Virus record (IMG/VR): IMGVR_UViG_3300030376_002811
Coordinates: 5,183 to 69,182 of that record
Direction: 5' to 3' (one strand)
Origin: a virus
Lineage: Duplodnaviria; Caudoviricetes
Length of the DNA: 64,000 nt
Shown: positions 7,225 to 17,448 of the stretch, in pieces
Layout: each line of letters opens with the position of its first letter
How positions within the stretch are numbered: position 1 is the first letter of the stretch
Notes under the pieces: model-generated
Told to the model about the DNA's origin: nothing
Databases searched by the model: none
Seen by the model: only the letters and a program-made list of their open reading frames with translations
Program-made: the position numbers and the translations under genes

Positions 7225-10200
7225 AGCATTTACCGTTTTTATTTTCTGTTAAGTTTTTACATTGTGGGCCTTTACCCTTTCTGGTTTTAGCGGTACAGCG
7301 AGTCATAGCTGCTTCTTTCTTTTTTCTTTCTTCTTCAGCTTTTCTTACTTCTTCTGCTCTTTTTCTTTTCTTATCTTCTTTTTTAGCATCTCTTATTCTT
7401 TTACCAGATTCTAAAAGATCTTGATTTTTAACACCAACATCCCAAGTGTTCCAACCCATCATCATAGCCACACGTTGCCACGCTTCGTTATTTTGGTTTA
7501 AAGCTTCTTTAATGTTTCTAACTTTATTAACTGCTCTATCCATTGGAACGTTTGTAATAGCAGAGACTGTATTACCTACAGTTTGCCACATTGGATTATC
7601 AATATCAAGCTTGTCCATCTCGTACATCTCTTCTTTATTAAATTTGTACGTTGTTAAACCAGAGTATAACTTTCTAGCCTTAGATCCAACAGGTGGCGAT
7701 AGGTTTAACATTTCTACTAAAACTCTACCTTGATCCATTTGGCCCCCACGTTTATCTTGCTCTATAAATTTAATTATCATGTTTTTAAACGTAGCTGCAA
7801 TAGCTCCGTAAACACCTGTACCTCTCAAGAAACTATCAACAACACTGTTAGCCATTCTAGCTTTAGCCTTATCTTCTGCTTCCTCATCTTCATCGTACAT
7901 GAATTTAAACATAGCTGATTGTAGACTAGAGAATATAATATTTTGAGCAGCGCCGTAGTATATTATTCTTGATATATGCTGTTTAGCATCGCCTCTACCG
8001 TTTATTAAGTCTAACGCAGCTTTTTTAGTTAACCTAGCGTACTGCATTGGAGTGTTTTGGAAAGCTAGTATAAATCTACCTAAAGCAGAGGCTTGCTGTT
8101 GTGATATTAAATCAGGTCTTGATGACTGCTGAGTTTCTTCTGCTATTTCTTGAAAGTCGATCATAGCTTGTGCTTCTGCATCTGCTTTTGACATACCGTC
8201 TTTCGTGTACGCTTTAACTTGATTTCTGTAGAAACTAGCACCACCAGCTGCTATAGCAAAACTATCCGCTATTTGTGTTGGTAAAAAACCTATTTTTAAT
8301 AGATACTGTAGCGCCGCTTTAGGATTACCTCCTGACGCTTCGACTGCCGCAGCTATTTCACTTTGATTTATATCTGATTTTAAACCAGCTCGTCTTTGCT
8401 TTAACATGTCAGAGTTAAATAACATTGAAAAGTCAGACCAATATTGTTTTTGATTAGCAAAAGCTTTAGCAGCTGCAAATACATTATTATTACCAAAGTT
8501 AATAAAGTTAACCGTAGACAGTGTTTGTAGCGCGGCTGATCTAGCGTTAAAGAACATAATAGCACCAACTGAATTGTTGATCCAGTTAGCAAACGAATTT
8601 ACCAATCTGTTATCGCCAAAGGTTCTATTAGTACCATTTTCCATACGCCACAACATATCTGTCAAAGCCTCTCTAAATCTAGTGCCGTATATAGCTTCTA
8701 TTTTATTCATATTCGGTCCAACAAGTTTTTTACCTTGCCAATCTCCAAATATTTGTGATCTTTTTTGTTTGAAGGGTTCTAAGTATTTTTCTCTACCAAC
8801 CTCTTGTGTTAGCTTGTTTAGGTCAGATCCTATAGTTTCTGTCACCCAAAACTCTCCAGGAGCAAGGTAACCATCGGGCTGCTTGGTTATCAAGCTTAAA
8901 TCATTCGCGTAAGCCACAACATCACCTTCTTTACCCAAAGCAGCTAATACTTTATTTTTATCTGTAGGCGATAATCCAGGTATATCAAAACCTGCTCTAT
9001 CCCATAAAGCAATTCTAACACCCTGATCGTAAGTAAACTCTGTTCCAGGTATTTTCTTTCTTAGCTTTTTAATAACTGGCTTATGCTGCTTTTTAATAGT
9101 TTTGTAATCTCTGTTTATAGATTGCTGCGCCGCGTCGATCTGTCTTTGTGCTTTAGCGTACGGATCAATTAACTCTTGTTTGAAAAAGCTAAATTGTGCT
9201 TCACCTTGTTTTCCTTTACCTAAAAAGTTATATAATAAACCTTTAAAATCTTCTGCTGATGGAGGTATAAAAAACCTAAATCTTCCTTTGTCTTTACCTC
9301 TTTGCCTTGCTTTTGCTTCAGAAAACTCTTTAAAACTTTCTACACCCGTAACTTCTTCTAGTATGTTGTTAAAATCTAAACTAGGGTTAGCACTACTCTC
9401 GCTGTTTCTTACTAACACAGCTTTACCTTTGTTATCAAACTGATCAAACACATGTTGTACAGCGTCTACGTTTGGCTTAGCGTCATCTACAAAGTACATG
9501 TCGTTATAGCCTTCAGCGTACTTATCTACAAACCACTGAGCTTTAGCATCACCCCTACTATCACCTAAACCTGTTATGTTTTTCAACGGCAGGCTTATAC
9601 CTTGAGAATCAAGCCAAGCTTGTATCGCTGGTGCCGCCTCAGCTGGTCTTGCTGTTAGTATAAATACGTTATCTGTTCCGTACTTTGCTATTTGATTTCT
9701 AAACTTTTGCATTAACGGTCCTTCTACACCGCCTCTAACATTTATAAAATCGTCAAAGTTGAAGTCAAAGCCTTGGGCAGCGTACTGTGGCCCAAGTATA
9801 GGCCAGTCACCAGAGCTAATAGTAACAGTCTGATCTCCTTTGGTTGCTATAATAGTATTTTCTCCTTTATCAATTAACGTTTCGTCAAAATCAAATACTG
9901 AAGCACCTACAGATTCACCTTCTGAAAGTTTTACGTTTTCCTTAGCTTTATCCATGTTCTGAAGATTAAGCCTAACCTCTTGCCCTAACCTCTGTGTTAA
10001 CTCAGTGGCTTTTTGGTTTATCAAACTTACAACGTCGCCACCCTGTTTTACGTCTACATAGTTTTTTAACTCAGGAGATATAGCTAAATTTCTTGAATAA
10101 CCTATTTGACTTGTAGAACCTAAACGTGAATCTTGAGTGTCAGAATCTATTTTTGGCCCTAGACTTTGATCAAAGTTTATTAGCTCTAATTGAGTGTCAG

Positions 10201-13200
10201 CGTAGAATTCATTTATTATTTGCTGTTGATCTTCTGGTCTAGCCTCCGCTAATCTAGTAGCTAAGTCTAATGTATTCTTTAATAGTTTAGACTGTAATGG
10301 AGCGCTAGGATCTATATGCTCTCCTTTGTTAGAAAGTAGTTCGCCAATCTTCTTTTCATCTCCCTTAGCCATTTCAAATGCTCTCTGAAAATCTGGGTGA
10401 TTTCTATTTACTTGGTTTGCTACAAGCTCACCTTTTACTTTAGAAGTTTTAGAGTTTGTAGGTTTTCCGTTAGGTGTAACGTATGGAGCTTGTGATCCGT
10501 CCATTACTTTAATCATACCTAAATCAGTAAGACCTCTAAAGCCGTTCACGTTGTTTGTAGCTGTTTGTTGAAATACAGCAAGACCAAGAGATAAGCTTTT
10601 ATCTTTAGCAACTTCTTTACCCATTTCCCCAAGCATCCACGCTAAAGCTTTCTTATTATTAGCGTTAGCGGCATCCATTCTAGGTTGTAACTTTTCTAGT
10701 TTTTTCTTCTTTTCGTCAGCTGTAATATCTTCGTTTAAGATGCTTTGTACATCATTCATTAAACCTTTCTTAGAGTTCATTATCTCTATACCATTGGGAT
10801 CAAATGGTAGGTTTAACTCACCGCCTTTTTGATTAGCTTTATTTTGAAGTTTTTGTCTTGTAGGGAAGTACTTGCCTTGACTACCGTCTTGCTTTGTCTC
10901 TGCGCCATCAAGCATTCTATGATTGTTTAATCCAAAGAATTCATAACCTAATACATCTAAAAGCTTAGGTGGGCAAACATCAATCATTTTTAAGACAAGA
11001 TTGTTGTATGACTCTTTATGGCTCGCTGGCATTTTACTATGAGCGTTCTCTTTATAGTCGCTCATTTGATCAGCATATCTATCGCCCCAGTCCATTTCTT
11101 TAACCGTATCCATGAACCTCTTTGTTTTACCAAACATGTCATATAGTCCTAAGGTTTTAAACGCGGCGACAGCTTCTGGGTTGCGACCTTCAAGCATTTG
11201 ATCGAGCTCTGTAGTACCTCCTGTTTTTTTATTGTATTTAGAAGCGATGTCCTTAAGCATGTCGTTTACTTCAAACATAATAGCATCACCAACTATATTT
11301 TGGCTAGACTCGCCTGTTTCGCTAAACTTAGCGGTACCTCTTTCGATTTGCCTACCTATTTCTTCAACGTAATTTTCAGCTAATACTCTATCGAATAACT
11401 CTTGTCTACCTTTAAACGTTTCAGATATTGGACCTTCATTGTTTAGATCGTTTTTAAAGACCTCTAGTCCATATTCTTGACCTAACATCATAGATAGCTT
11501 ATCCAGTCCGTTACGTCTAATATCTGTCATTGTCTCTCCTTTAGCAAAGTTGCTAAGCATTTCCGCGTTTGTAACCTTAGAGTCTGCAGCTGGATGTCTT
11601 CTCATGACTTGCGGCCCAGAAGTATTACCTCTATATGGGCCAACGTCGTTAGCATTCCATCTATCTATTTTTTGACCTTGCCAATCACTAGTCCAATTAG
11701 GCATGAACTTAGTTGTTCCATCTGCGTTTTTAACTCTTGTTCCACCAACAGACTTCTGAACAGCTGATGGCATGTTTTTAGCTAGCCAACTTGTAGGAGC
11801 TGATCTTAATATAGACCCTTTGTTTTTTGGATCTGTTAAGAAAGCTTCAACATCTGCTTTTGTTTTACCTATAGTATTTAGTATTGCTTTATGTATAGGT
11901 CCATTTTTAGTGCCAAAAACTTTCTTAAGCGCAGATATAAAAGGTGTTGTAAACTTATTTTTTGAAACCTGCTTGTCTATAGCTGGTAGTTCTACACCAA
12001 CAGCTCTGTTGACAGTTTCGTTTATTACATTGCTATTCTCTTCAGATATATCTAAGTTTTCTGTTAACGGTAAATCTGGGTTTGTTATTTTTTCAGACTC
12101 CTGCTCAAAAGCGTCTTCAGCTGTAAAGTCAGATTCTATACCCTTTGCATCATCTATGTTTACATCTATACCTCTACCACCGTATTCTGTTGTAGATTCA
12201 ACACCAAGTTCTCTAGCTATATCTTTTGATCTTTCATTAAGTAGGAAAGAAACATATTTATCTAAAGACATTTTGCTTGGATTGTAACCTTTGCTCATTA
12301 TTTCCCAAGCCTTTGTTACTACAGATTCCTTAAATTCATTTCTTGATATTCCTTTTCTAGCATCTGGTGCTATAGGGTCAAATAGTTTTTTAGTTATACT
12401 CTCTACTAAACCACCTACGTTTTGCGCAAGCTCAGACTCTAATATGGTGCCGTCAACTGGTGACCCATCTGGTTTTCGCATTAACATATCTGTAGCTAAA
12501 CTAGCCGCGTCTGCCGACGTAGCATCTGTTCCAAAGTTTTGATCTAATCTTTCTTGCAAGTTGCTAGAAGCTCTATAACCTTTTGAATCTACATTTTCTT
12601 GATTCTTTTTATTATCTAGCTTTCTTTTTTGTAACTCACCAACCTCACCGTTTTCAAAACCAGTCAAGTAACTACCCATCCAAGCCGCAGCGTCATTAGC
12701 ATTGTTTATATTAAACTGCCCACCAACAACACCTCTCATTTTGTTTAAAAATCCAGTCTGTGATTGGTTTTGTATTTTTTGTTTATGTCTAGCGTTAGAT
12801 TCAAACTGTAGCACGTCCTGAGCCCTCTTAGTATATTCATCTTTAGCTTCACTTGTTTGATCTTCAAAGTTTTTGCTTTCATCATATCTAGCATCACCGC
12901 TTAACTTGTTATTATGTTTTATAACTTGATCGTGAATGCTAGGCATTTCCGCAGATATGTAATCATGTAAGTTATTAGCATAACCATCTCGCTCTTCAGC
13001 GTTCATAGCCGTGTCATCTATAAAGTGACCTATCTCATGAGACATTGCTGTACCAGCTAATAAATCGCCACTTTCTATAGCAGCTTCTGTAGCCTCTTTC
13101 TCTGTTGTTATATATTGATTACCTACAATAGCCGCTTTAACCTTACCGTCTTTTACACCCTTTATAAGTTGATCAGCTTTCTCTTGAGATATATTACCTT

Positions 13201-16200
13201 GCTCAACTTGTTGTTGTATCTTTAGCTCTAGGTCTTGTGATCCATTAGCCTCTTCAACAGTTAAATCTGAAAGTCTTTTATCTTGAAGTATAGCTTTTGT
13301 GCTTACGTCAGCTTTTGTTTTTAAAACTAAAGCTTCTGCTTTTCTAGACTGAACAAAGTTAGCAACCATGTTAAAAAACGAATCTTCTTTTGCTTTTAAA
13401 TCGCTAGGAACTCTTTTTCTATTATTCTGCTCAAGCCACTCTGCTTTTGTTATACCATTACCATCTTTATCTTTGTATACTTCCCTTTCTACGTCTTCAA
13501 CAATTTTCTTATCTTTCTTAGCTTCTCTAACCGCTTGAGCTTGGTCTGAAGCTTGCATAGCATCAAAAACTTGTCTTGCCTGTTCTTTAGCTGATAGGTC
13601 TTTAAAACCAGGATCTTTTTTAGATAAAGCCTCTGCCTTAGCTAAGCCCTTAGCTCCAAACGTGTTCCATATAAAACCTCCACTAACATTTCCGTCTTTA
13701 TCGACATCGTATTTTGTAGCGTCTTTTGGATTTCCATAATCTACGTTGTCTCTAACATCAATAGCTTTTCTAGTTAAATCTAAGTTTGTTTTAAAGTTTG
13801 CTCTTTCCTCACTGTCCATTCCGTCCATGTGATCGTTTAGCTTTTGCTCTATTTCAGCGTCGCTATCACCAACGTCAACACCTGCTTGCTGATATAAATC
13901 CTGCAGATTATTTTGGTTCATTATAATATCTTGAGCAGACTCAGCTCCAAACTGATCTAATAAAGCTAGAGCATTAACCGCTTGCTCTGAGCTTAGGTTA
14001 GCCATCTTTTCAATTTGCCCTAAGTAGTTGTTTTGTAGCACCTTCATTTTACGATCGTACTTTGGATCGCTAGGATCTAGCGCTTTCATTGCTTCATCGA
14101 TTCTAAATAGCTCTGGTTTTACTTCATTAAACCAAGTGCTTCTATCACTTGAACTACCTAAATGATTTCTCACTTGATTGACAGCATTACCAAATGCAGA
14201 TGTTGGAGTAGCTGAAACAACAGTACTAAAAATAGTTTCTTTAGCCTCTGATCCAAGTTCGTTTAAATCAACGTCATCTCCAAGAATAATTTTATCACCA
14301 AGTGTGTCTCCACCTAGAACTATTAATTCTTCCACTATTTCACCACCTATCATCTTACCTGTTCCTATCGTGAAATCAAAAAGTCTTCGATAGCCACTTT
14401 TCAACATCTCACTACCAGCGCCAGACGTTTGTCCACCTAGTAAACCTTTAAGTTTTAAAGCATTTGTAGCCTCACCAAGAAATAGCATAGTACCACCTTC
14501 AACAATACCACTTATACCAGACGCGCTATTTATTTGCAATCGTGACAAACCACCTAATGATATTGTTTTATTTAAGTTTATCATGCTATCCCTGTAGGAT
14601 TCGTAGTCTGTTATCAAGCCTTTGTCAAAAGCTTCTTTTAACTCTATTTTTGTTTTTTCCGCCTTTTCCGCTTGTTCGTTTCTAGTAATTAGCTCAACCT
14701 TTTTTCCACCAAAAGAGCTAAGTCCAAAAGCACTAGCTGTACCCCAGGTTGAAGCTGAGATACCAAGGAACGTACTACCTGGTAAAAGGTAACTTGAGCT
14801 TATAGCTATAACAGTGTTTGCTCCTTGCTGAGCCATAGTTCTTTTCACGTTGAACGCTTGATCGCCAAGCTCCGAAGCTTGATCTACAGTTAGCTTTGTC
14901 ATCGTATATGCCTTACCAGCATTCTTGCTTTGCGCTCTTCTTTGAAACTCTTCACTACCAAAACCAGCTGGTATATTATAACCAAAAGATCTAAAACCAT
15001 CAAAAAAGTCTTGCCAAAGTATTTTAGTCTTGTCGTAGTCTTTGCTAACCAAAGCATTTAGTTTCTCTTCTTCACCAAGAATGTCAGCGTGAGCTTTAAT
15101 CCAAGAATCATTTTTAGTATTATACTCGCCCCAAGCTGTGTCAAAACCGTTGTTTATTACTTTGCTTTGACTCATCAAGTCTTCTAGCTTCTTTTGATAT
15201 TTTAATCTAACATTTTCATCTGGATGCTGAACAACAACAGTAGCATCATCTCCTTCACCAATGACTTTAACACCACAACCTGCGTTTTTCATCATGGTGT
15301 TTATGTTGTCAAATCTTTTATTTAGAACAGAAATATCTTGCTTATAACTTCTAATTAAATCTCCACCAATTGTGTCAAGATCTTGTCTTTCTCTTCTTAG
15401 AGTATTTACTGTTTTATTTGTTATATCGCTAGACGAAAGCTTTACATCTATGTTTTTCCCTAAGTATACCTCAGCTGCTAAACTACCGTGACTATCGATT
15501 AATTGTTTTTTCTTGTTACTTAGCCTTGTTTGTTCTAAAGCTTTTTTGCTATCAAGATAATTTACCAACAAATTGTAGTCTTGTTCTGGTAGTTTATCTT
15601 TTAAGTCTTTTAAAGTGTTAAATCTTTCTTCTTGCCAATCCTCTTTCTGTATAATTTTGGCTTCGCCAAACATATCACTTTCATCATCTTTTTCATTCTT
15701 GACTTCTAGTATAGGCTTTTCTAAGTGATTTTTTATAATTGCCTTACTTTTTCTAGTCATACCGCTATAGTCAGGCATGTTGTTTAAATCAAACATCATG
15801 TTATCTATAACATTACCGTCTTTAAAGTAAGCTTTGTAAACCTCTTCTTCATTAAGCTCTTCAGCTTTTATTTTCTTTTTAGCACTTATTTCGTTTATTA
15901 AGTTTTTTCTTTGATCAAGATTGTATTTGTCAAGTTTGTCTTTATCTTCGTTATCTAAAGATTTGTAAATGAAAGCGCTTGCTTCGTTGGCGTCTTTCAC
16001 ACCATGAGTTCCGTATGGAGAGTTAATAAGGTAGCCGACTGCACCGCCTTTTGTAATACTATAGTCCAATCCAGCTTCTTTAAATACTTTGTTAGCAGCG
16101 TCTAAACCATCGTTGCTTAGCATTTTAGAGTTAGATACTCTTCTTTCACTTAATATGCTAGTTACAGAGTATTTTATATCTCCGCTTTTTACTAACCTGT

Positions 16201-17440
16201 CATAGTCATCTACAAACCTTTGAAACTCGTTTATACCATTTTCTTCGTAGTTACTATATAAGTCTACTTGGTAGGTTGTTCCATCAGGGCCTGTTACTGT
16301 GACAGCATTGCCAATCCCTCTCTCCTCAACAGTTACATTTTCAAAGTTATTTTCGATCATACCTCTGACCAACTCCTCATCTTTTTTTACCCACGTTTTA
16401 ACGTTTCTATAGTCAATATCATCGTCAACGCCAAGACCTTTTACTTCAGCCACATCTTCGTCACTAAGACCACCTGTCCAAGAGTTTTCTTTTCTAAATT
16501 GTTTAAGGTCTTGCGTTAAATCTAAAGATCTTTGCTGCATATCTACGTCACTTATATTTAAGTAATCGTTAAGATCTACCTCTGAAACTTCTTCACCGTT
16601 AGAAGCTCTCTCTCCAACACTTCTAACTGAATTAATTTTATCGACAAACTCTTGTGGCATTTCTCGACCCGGAAAGTCTGCTAAGTTACTTGGATCATAT
16701 TGTAATCCAAAGTCAAGTTGATTCGGATCTAATGGTTGTTTATACCATTTTCCGTCCATATATATTATTCTATGGTCACCTCTTATATAGACGTTATCAC
16801 CATCTCCCGCCTTAGTAAGATTCATGTCTTCGATAGTAGATGGATTTTCTTGTCTATACTTTCTATCTTCTTCCCTTTCTTTTAGCTCAGTTTCATATTG
16901 CTTAGCTTTAAAGTAAGCTTCTTTGTCAAAAGCCTCTTCGCCATAATGCCCTAACTCTTGGCCTATACTAATGTAAGCGGGGTTTGTTATATTTCCTTCT
17001 TCGTTAGCGTTAGCGTCTACTTCTATCCAGTCATCAGATCCAGTTCTTTTAGTATAGTATAATGGAAAACCACTTTCGTCAAGCTCGTACTTGTAGTCGT
17101 ATCCATCTCCACCGCTATGATTTTGGCCTGGTTGAAACTTAGGAGGTTGTGATTCCGAAGAACCATCGTCCGATGTTGATTCCGTACCTGTAGATACTGT
17201 TTGAGGCTCTGCAGGAGCATCGGTCGCCTGAGAGCCTTTTTCCTTTTTTGAGGCTTGAAGTTCTTGCCAAATATCTTCCGGTGTTTTCCAATTACCATCA
17301 GCATTTTTATGCATGTGGTTTGGATCAGAAGTATCGATTTGCTGCTGCTTATAATGAGCAACTATTTTATCTAGATTTTCTTGCGGCTGACCGTCGTCTG
17401 CCATTTGCTTTAGTACGGCGCCTAACTGTTCTTTATTCAT
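7211..17440 (-). CDS. Giant internal virion/ejection polyvalent protein, 3409 aa
   Basis: Follows tail and smaller ejection-type genes. Contains HEIGH (aa 1468), a sigma-region-2-like segment, a HAD domain (DFDET...ILTAR...K...FVDD) and a terminal C-C-C-H Zn motif. Confidence 0.7.
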   Translation of the reverse strand: MNKEQLGAVLKQMADDGQPQENLDKIVAHYKQQQIDTSDPNHMHKNADGNWKTPEDIWQELQASKKEKGSQATDAPAEPQTVSTGTESTSDDGSSESQPPKFQPGQNHSGGDGYDYKYELDESGFPLYYTKRTGSDDWIEVDANANEEGNITNPAYISIGQELGHYGEEAFDKEAYFKAKQYETELKEREEDRKYRQENPSTIEDMNLTKAGDGDNVYIRGDHRIIYMDGKWYKQPLDPNQLDFGLQYDPSNLADFPGREMPQEFVDKINSVRSVGERASNGEEVSEVDLNDYLNISDVDMQQRSLDLTQDLKQFRKENSWTGGLSDEDVAEVKGLGVDDDIDYRNVKTWVKKDEELVRGMIENNFENVTVEERGIGNAVTVTGPDGTTYQVDLYSNYEENGINEFQRFVDDYDRLVKSGDIKYSVTSILSERRVSNSKMLSNDGLDAANKVFKEAGLDYSITKGGAVGYLINSPYGTHGVKDANEASAFIYKSLDNEDKDKLDKYNLDQRKNLINEISAKKKIKAEELNEEEVYKAYFKDGNVIDNMMFDLNNMPDYSGMTRKSKAIIKNHLEKPILEVKNEKDDESDMFGEAKIIQKEDWQEERFNTLKDLKDKLPEQDYNLLVNYLDSKKALEQTRLSNKKKQLIDSHGSLAAEVYLGKNIDVKLSSSDITNKTVNTLRRERQDLDTIGGDLIRSYKQDISVLNKRFDNINTMMKNAGCGVKVIGEGDDATVVVQHPDENVRLKYQKKLEDLMSQSKVINNGFDTAWGEYNTKNDSWIKAHADILGEEEKLNALVSKDYDKTKILWQDFFDGFRSFGYNIPAGFGSEEFQRRAQSKNAGKAYTMTKLTVDQASELGDQAFNVKRTMAQQGANTVIAISSSYLLPGSTFLGISASTWGTASAFGLSSFGGKKVELITRNEQAEKAEKTKIELKEAFDKGLITDYESYRDSMINLNKTISLGGLSRLQINSASGISGIVEGGTMLFLGEATNALKLKGLLGGQTSGAGSEMLKSGYRRLFDFTIGTGKMIGGEIVEELIVLGGDTLGDKIILGDDVDLNELGSEAKETIFSTVVSATPTSAFGNAVNQVRNHLGSSSDRSTWFNEVKPELFRIDEAMKALDPSDPKYDRKMKVLQNNYLGQIEKMANLSSEQAVNALALLDQFGAESAQDIIMNQNNLQDLYQQAGVDVGDSDAEIEQKLNDHMDGMDSEERANFKTNLDLTRKAIDVRDNVDYGNPKDATKYDVDKDGNVSGGFIWNTFGAKGLAKAEALSKKDPGFKDLSAKEQARQVFDAMQASDQAQAVREAKKDKKIVEDVEREVYKDKDGNGITKAEWLEQNNRKRVPSDLKAKEDSFFNMVANFVQSRKAEALVLKTKADVSTKAILQDKRLSDLTVEEANGSQDLELKIQQQVEQGNISQEKADQLIKGVKDGKVKAAIVGNQYITTEKEATEAAIESGDLLAGTAMSHEIGHFIDDTAMNAEERDGYANNLHDYISAEMPSIHDQVIKHNNKLSGDARYDESKNFEDQTSEAKDEYTKRAQDVLQFESNARHKQKIQNQSQTGFLNKMRGVVGGQFNINNANDAAAWMGSYLTGFENGEVGELQKRKLDNKKNQENVDSKGYRASSNLQERLDQNFGTDATSADAASLATDMLMRKPDGSPVDGTILESELAQNVGGLVESITKKLFDPIAPDARKGISRNEFKESVVTKAWEIMSKGYNPSKMSLDKYVSFLLNERSKDIARELGVESTTEYGGRGIDVNIDDAKGIESDFTAEDAFEQESEKITNPDLPLTENLDISEENSNVINETVNRAVGVELPAIDKQVSKNKFTTPFISALKKVFGTKNGPIHKAILNTIGKTKADVEAFLTDPKNKGSILRSAPTSWLAKNMPSAVQKSVGGTRVKNADGTTKFMPNWTSDWQGQKIDRWNANDVGPYRGNTSGPQVMRRHPAADSKVTNAEMLSNFAKGETMTDIRRNGLDKLSMMLGQEYGLEVFKNDLNNEGPISETFKGRQELFDRVLAENYVEEIGRQIERGTAKFSETGESSQNIVGDAIMFEVNDMLKDIASKYNKKTGGTTELDQMLEGRNPEAVAAFKTLGLYDMFGKTKRFMDTVKEMDWGDRYADQMSDYKENAHSKMPASHKESYNNLVLKMIDVCPPKLLDVLGYEFFGLNNHRMLDGAETKQDGSQGKYFPTRQKLQNKANQKGGELNLPFDPNGIEIMNSKKGLMNDVQSILNEDITADEKKKKLEKLQPRMDAANANNKKALAWMLGEMGKEVAKDKSLSLGLAVFQQTATNNVNGFRGLTDLGMIKVMDGSQAPYVTPNGKPTNSKTSKVKGELVANQVNRNHPDFQRAFEMAKGDEKKIGELLSNKGEHIDPSAPLQSKLLKNTLDLATRLAEARPEDQQQIINEFYADTQLELINFDQSLGPKIDSDTQDSRLGSTSQIGYSRNLAISPELKNYVDVKQGGDVVSLINQKATELTQRLGQEVRLNLQNMDKAKENVKLSEGESVGASVFDFDETLIDKGENTIIATKGDQTVTISSGDWPILGPQYAAQGFDFNFDDFINVRGGVEGPLMQKFRNQIAKYGTDNVFILTARPAEAAPAIQAWLDSQGISLPLKNITGLGDSRGDAKAQWFVDKYAEGYNDMYFVDDAKPNVDAVQHVFDQFDNKGKAVLVRNSESSANPSLDFNNILEEVTGVESFKEFSEAKARQRGKDKGRFRFFIPPSAEDFKGLLYNFLGKGKQGEAQFSFFKQELIDPYAKAQRQIDAAQQSINRDYKTIKKQHKPVIKKLRKKIPGTEFTYDQGVRIALWDRAGFDIPGLSPTDKNKVLAALGKEGDVVAYANDLSLITKQPDGYLAPGEFWVTETIGSDLNKLTQEVGREKYLEPFKQKRSQIFGDWQGKKLVGPNMNKIEAIYGTRFREALTDMLWRMENGTNRTFGDNRLVNSFANWINNSVGAIMFFNARSAALQTLSTVNFINFGNNNVFAAAKAFANQKQYWSDFSMLFNSDMLKQRRAGLKSDINQSEIAAAVEASGGNPKAALQYLLKIGFLPTQIADSFAIAAGGASFYRNQVKAYTKDGMSKADAEAQAMIDFQEIAEETQQSSRPDLISQQQASALGRFILAFQNTPMQYARLTKKAALDLINGRGDAKQHISRIIYYGAAQNIIFSSLQSAMFKFMYDEDEEAEDKAKARMANSVVDSFLRGTGVYGAIAATFKNMIIKFIEQDKRGGQMDQGRVLVEMLNLSPPVGSKARKLYSGLTTYKFNKEEMYEMDKLDIDNPMWQTVGNTVSAITNVPMDRAVNKVRNIKEALNQNNEAWQRVAMMMGWNTWDVGVKNQDLLESGKRIRDAKKEDKKRKRAEEVRKAEEERKKKEAAMTRCTAKTRKGKGPQCKNLTENKNGKCYAHQ

Positions 17441-17448
17441 ATTGAATT

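Noticed and set aside
7211-17440. Giant protein as a crAss-type virion RNA polymerase
   Set aside because: No convincing catalytic DxDxD/DFDID context. The only DxDxD-like string (DDDID) lies in an acidic low-complexity N-terminal stretch. A profile search is still worthwhile.
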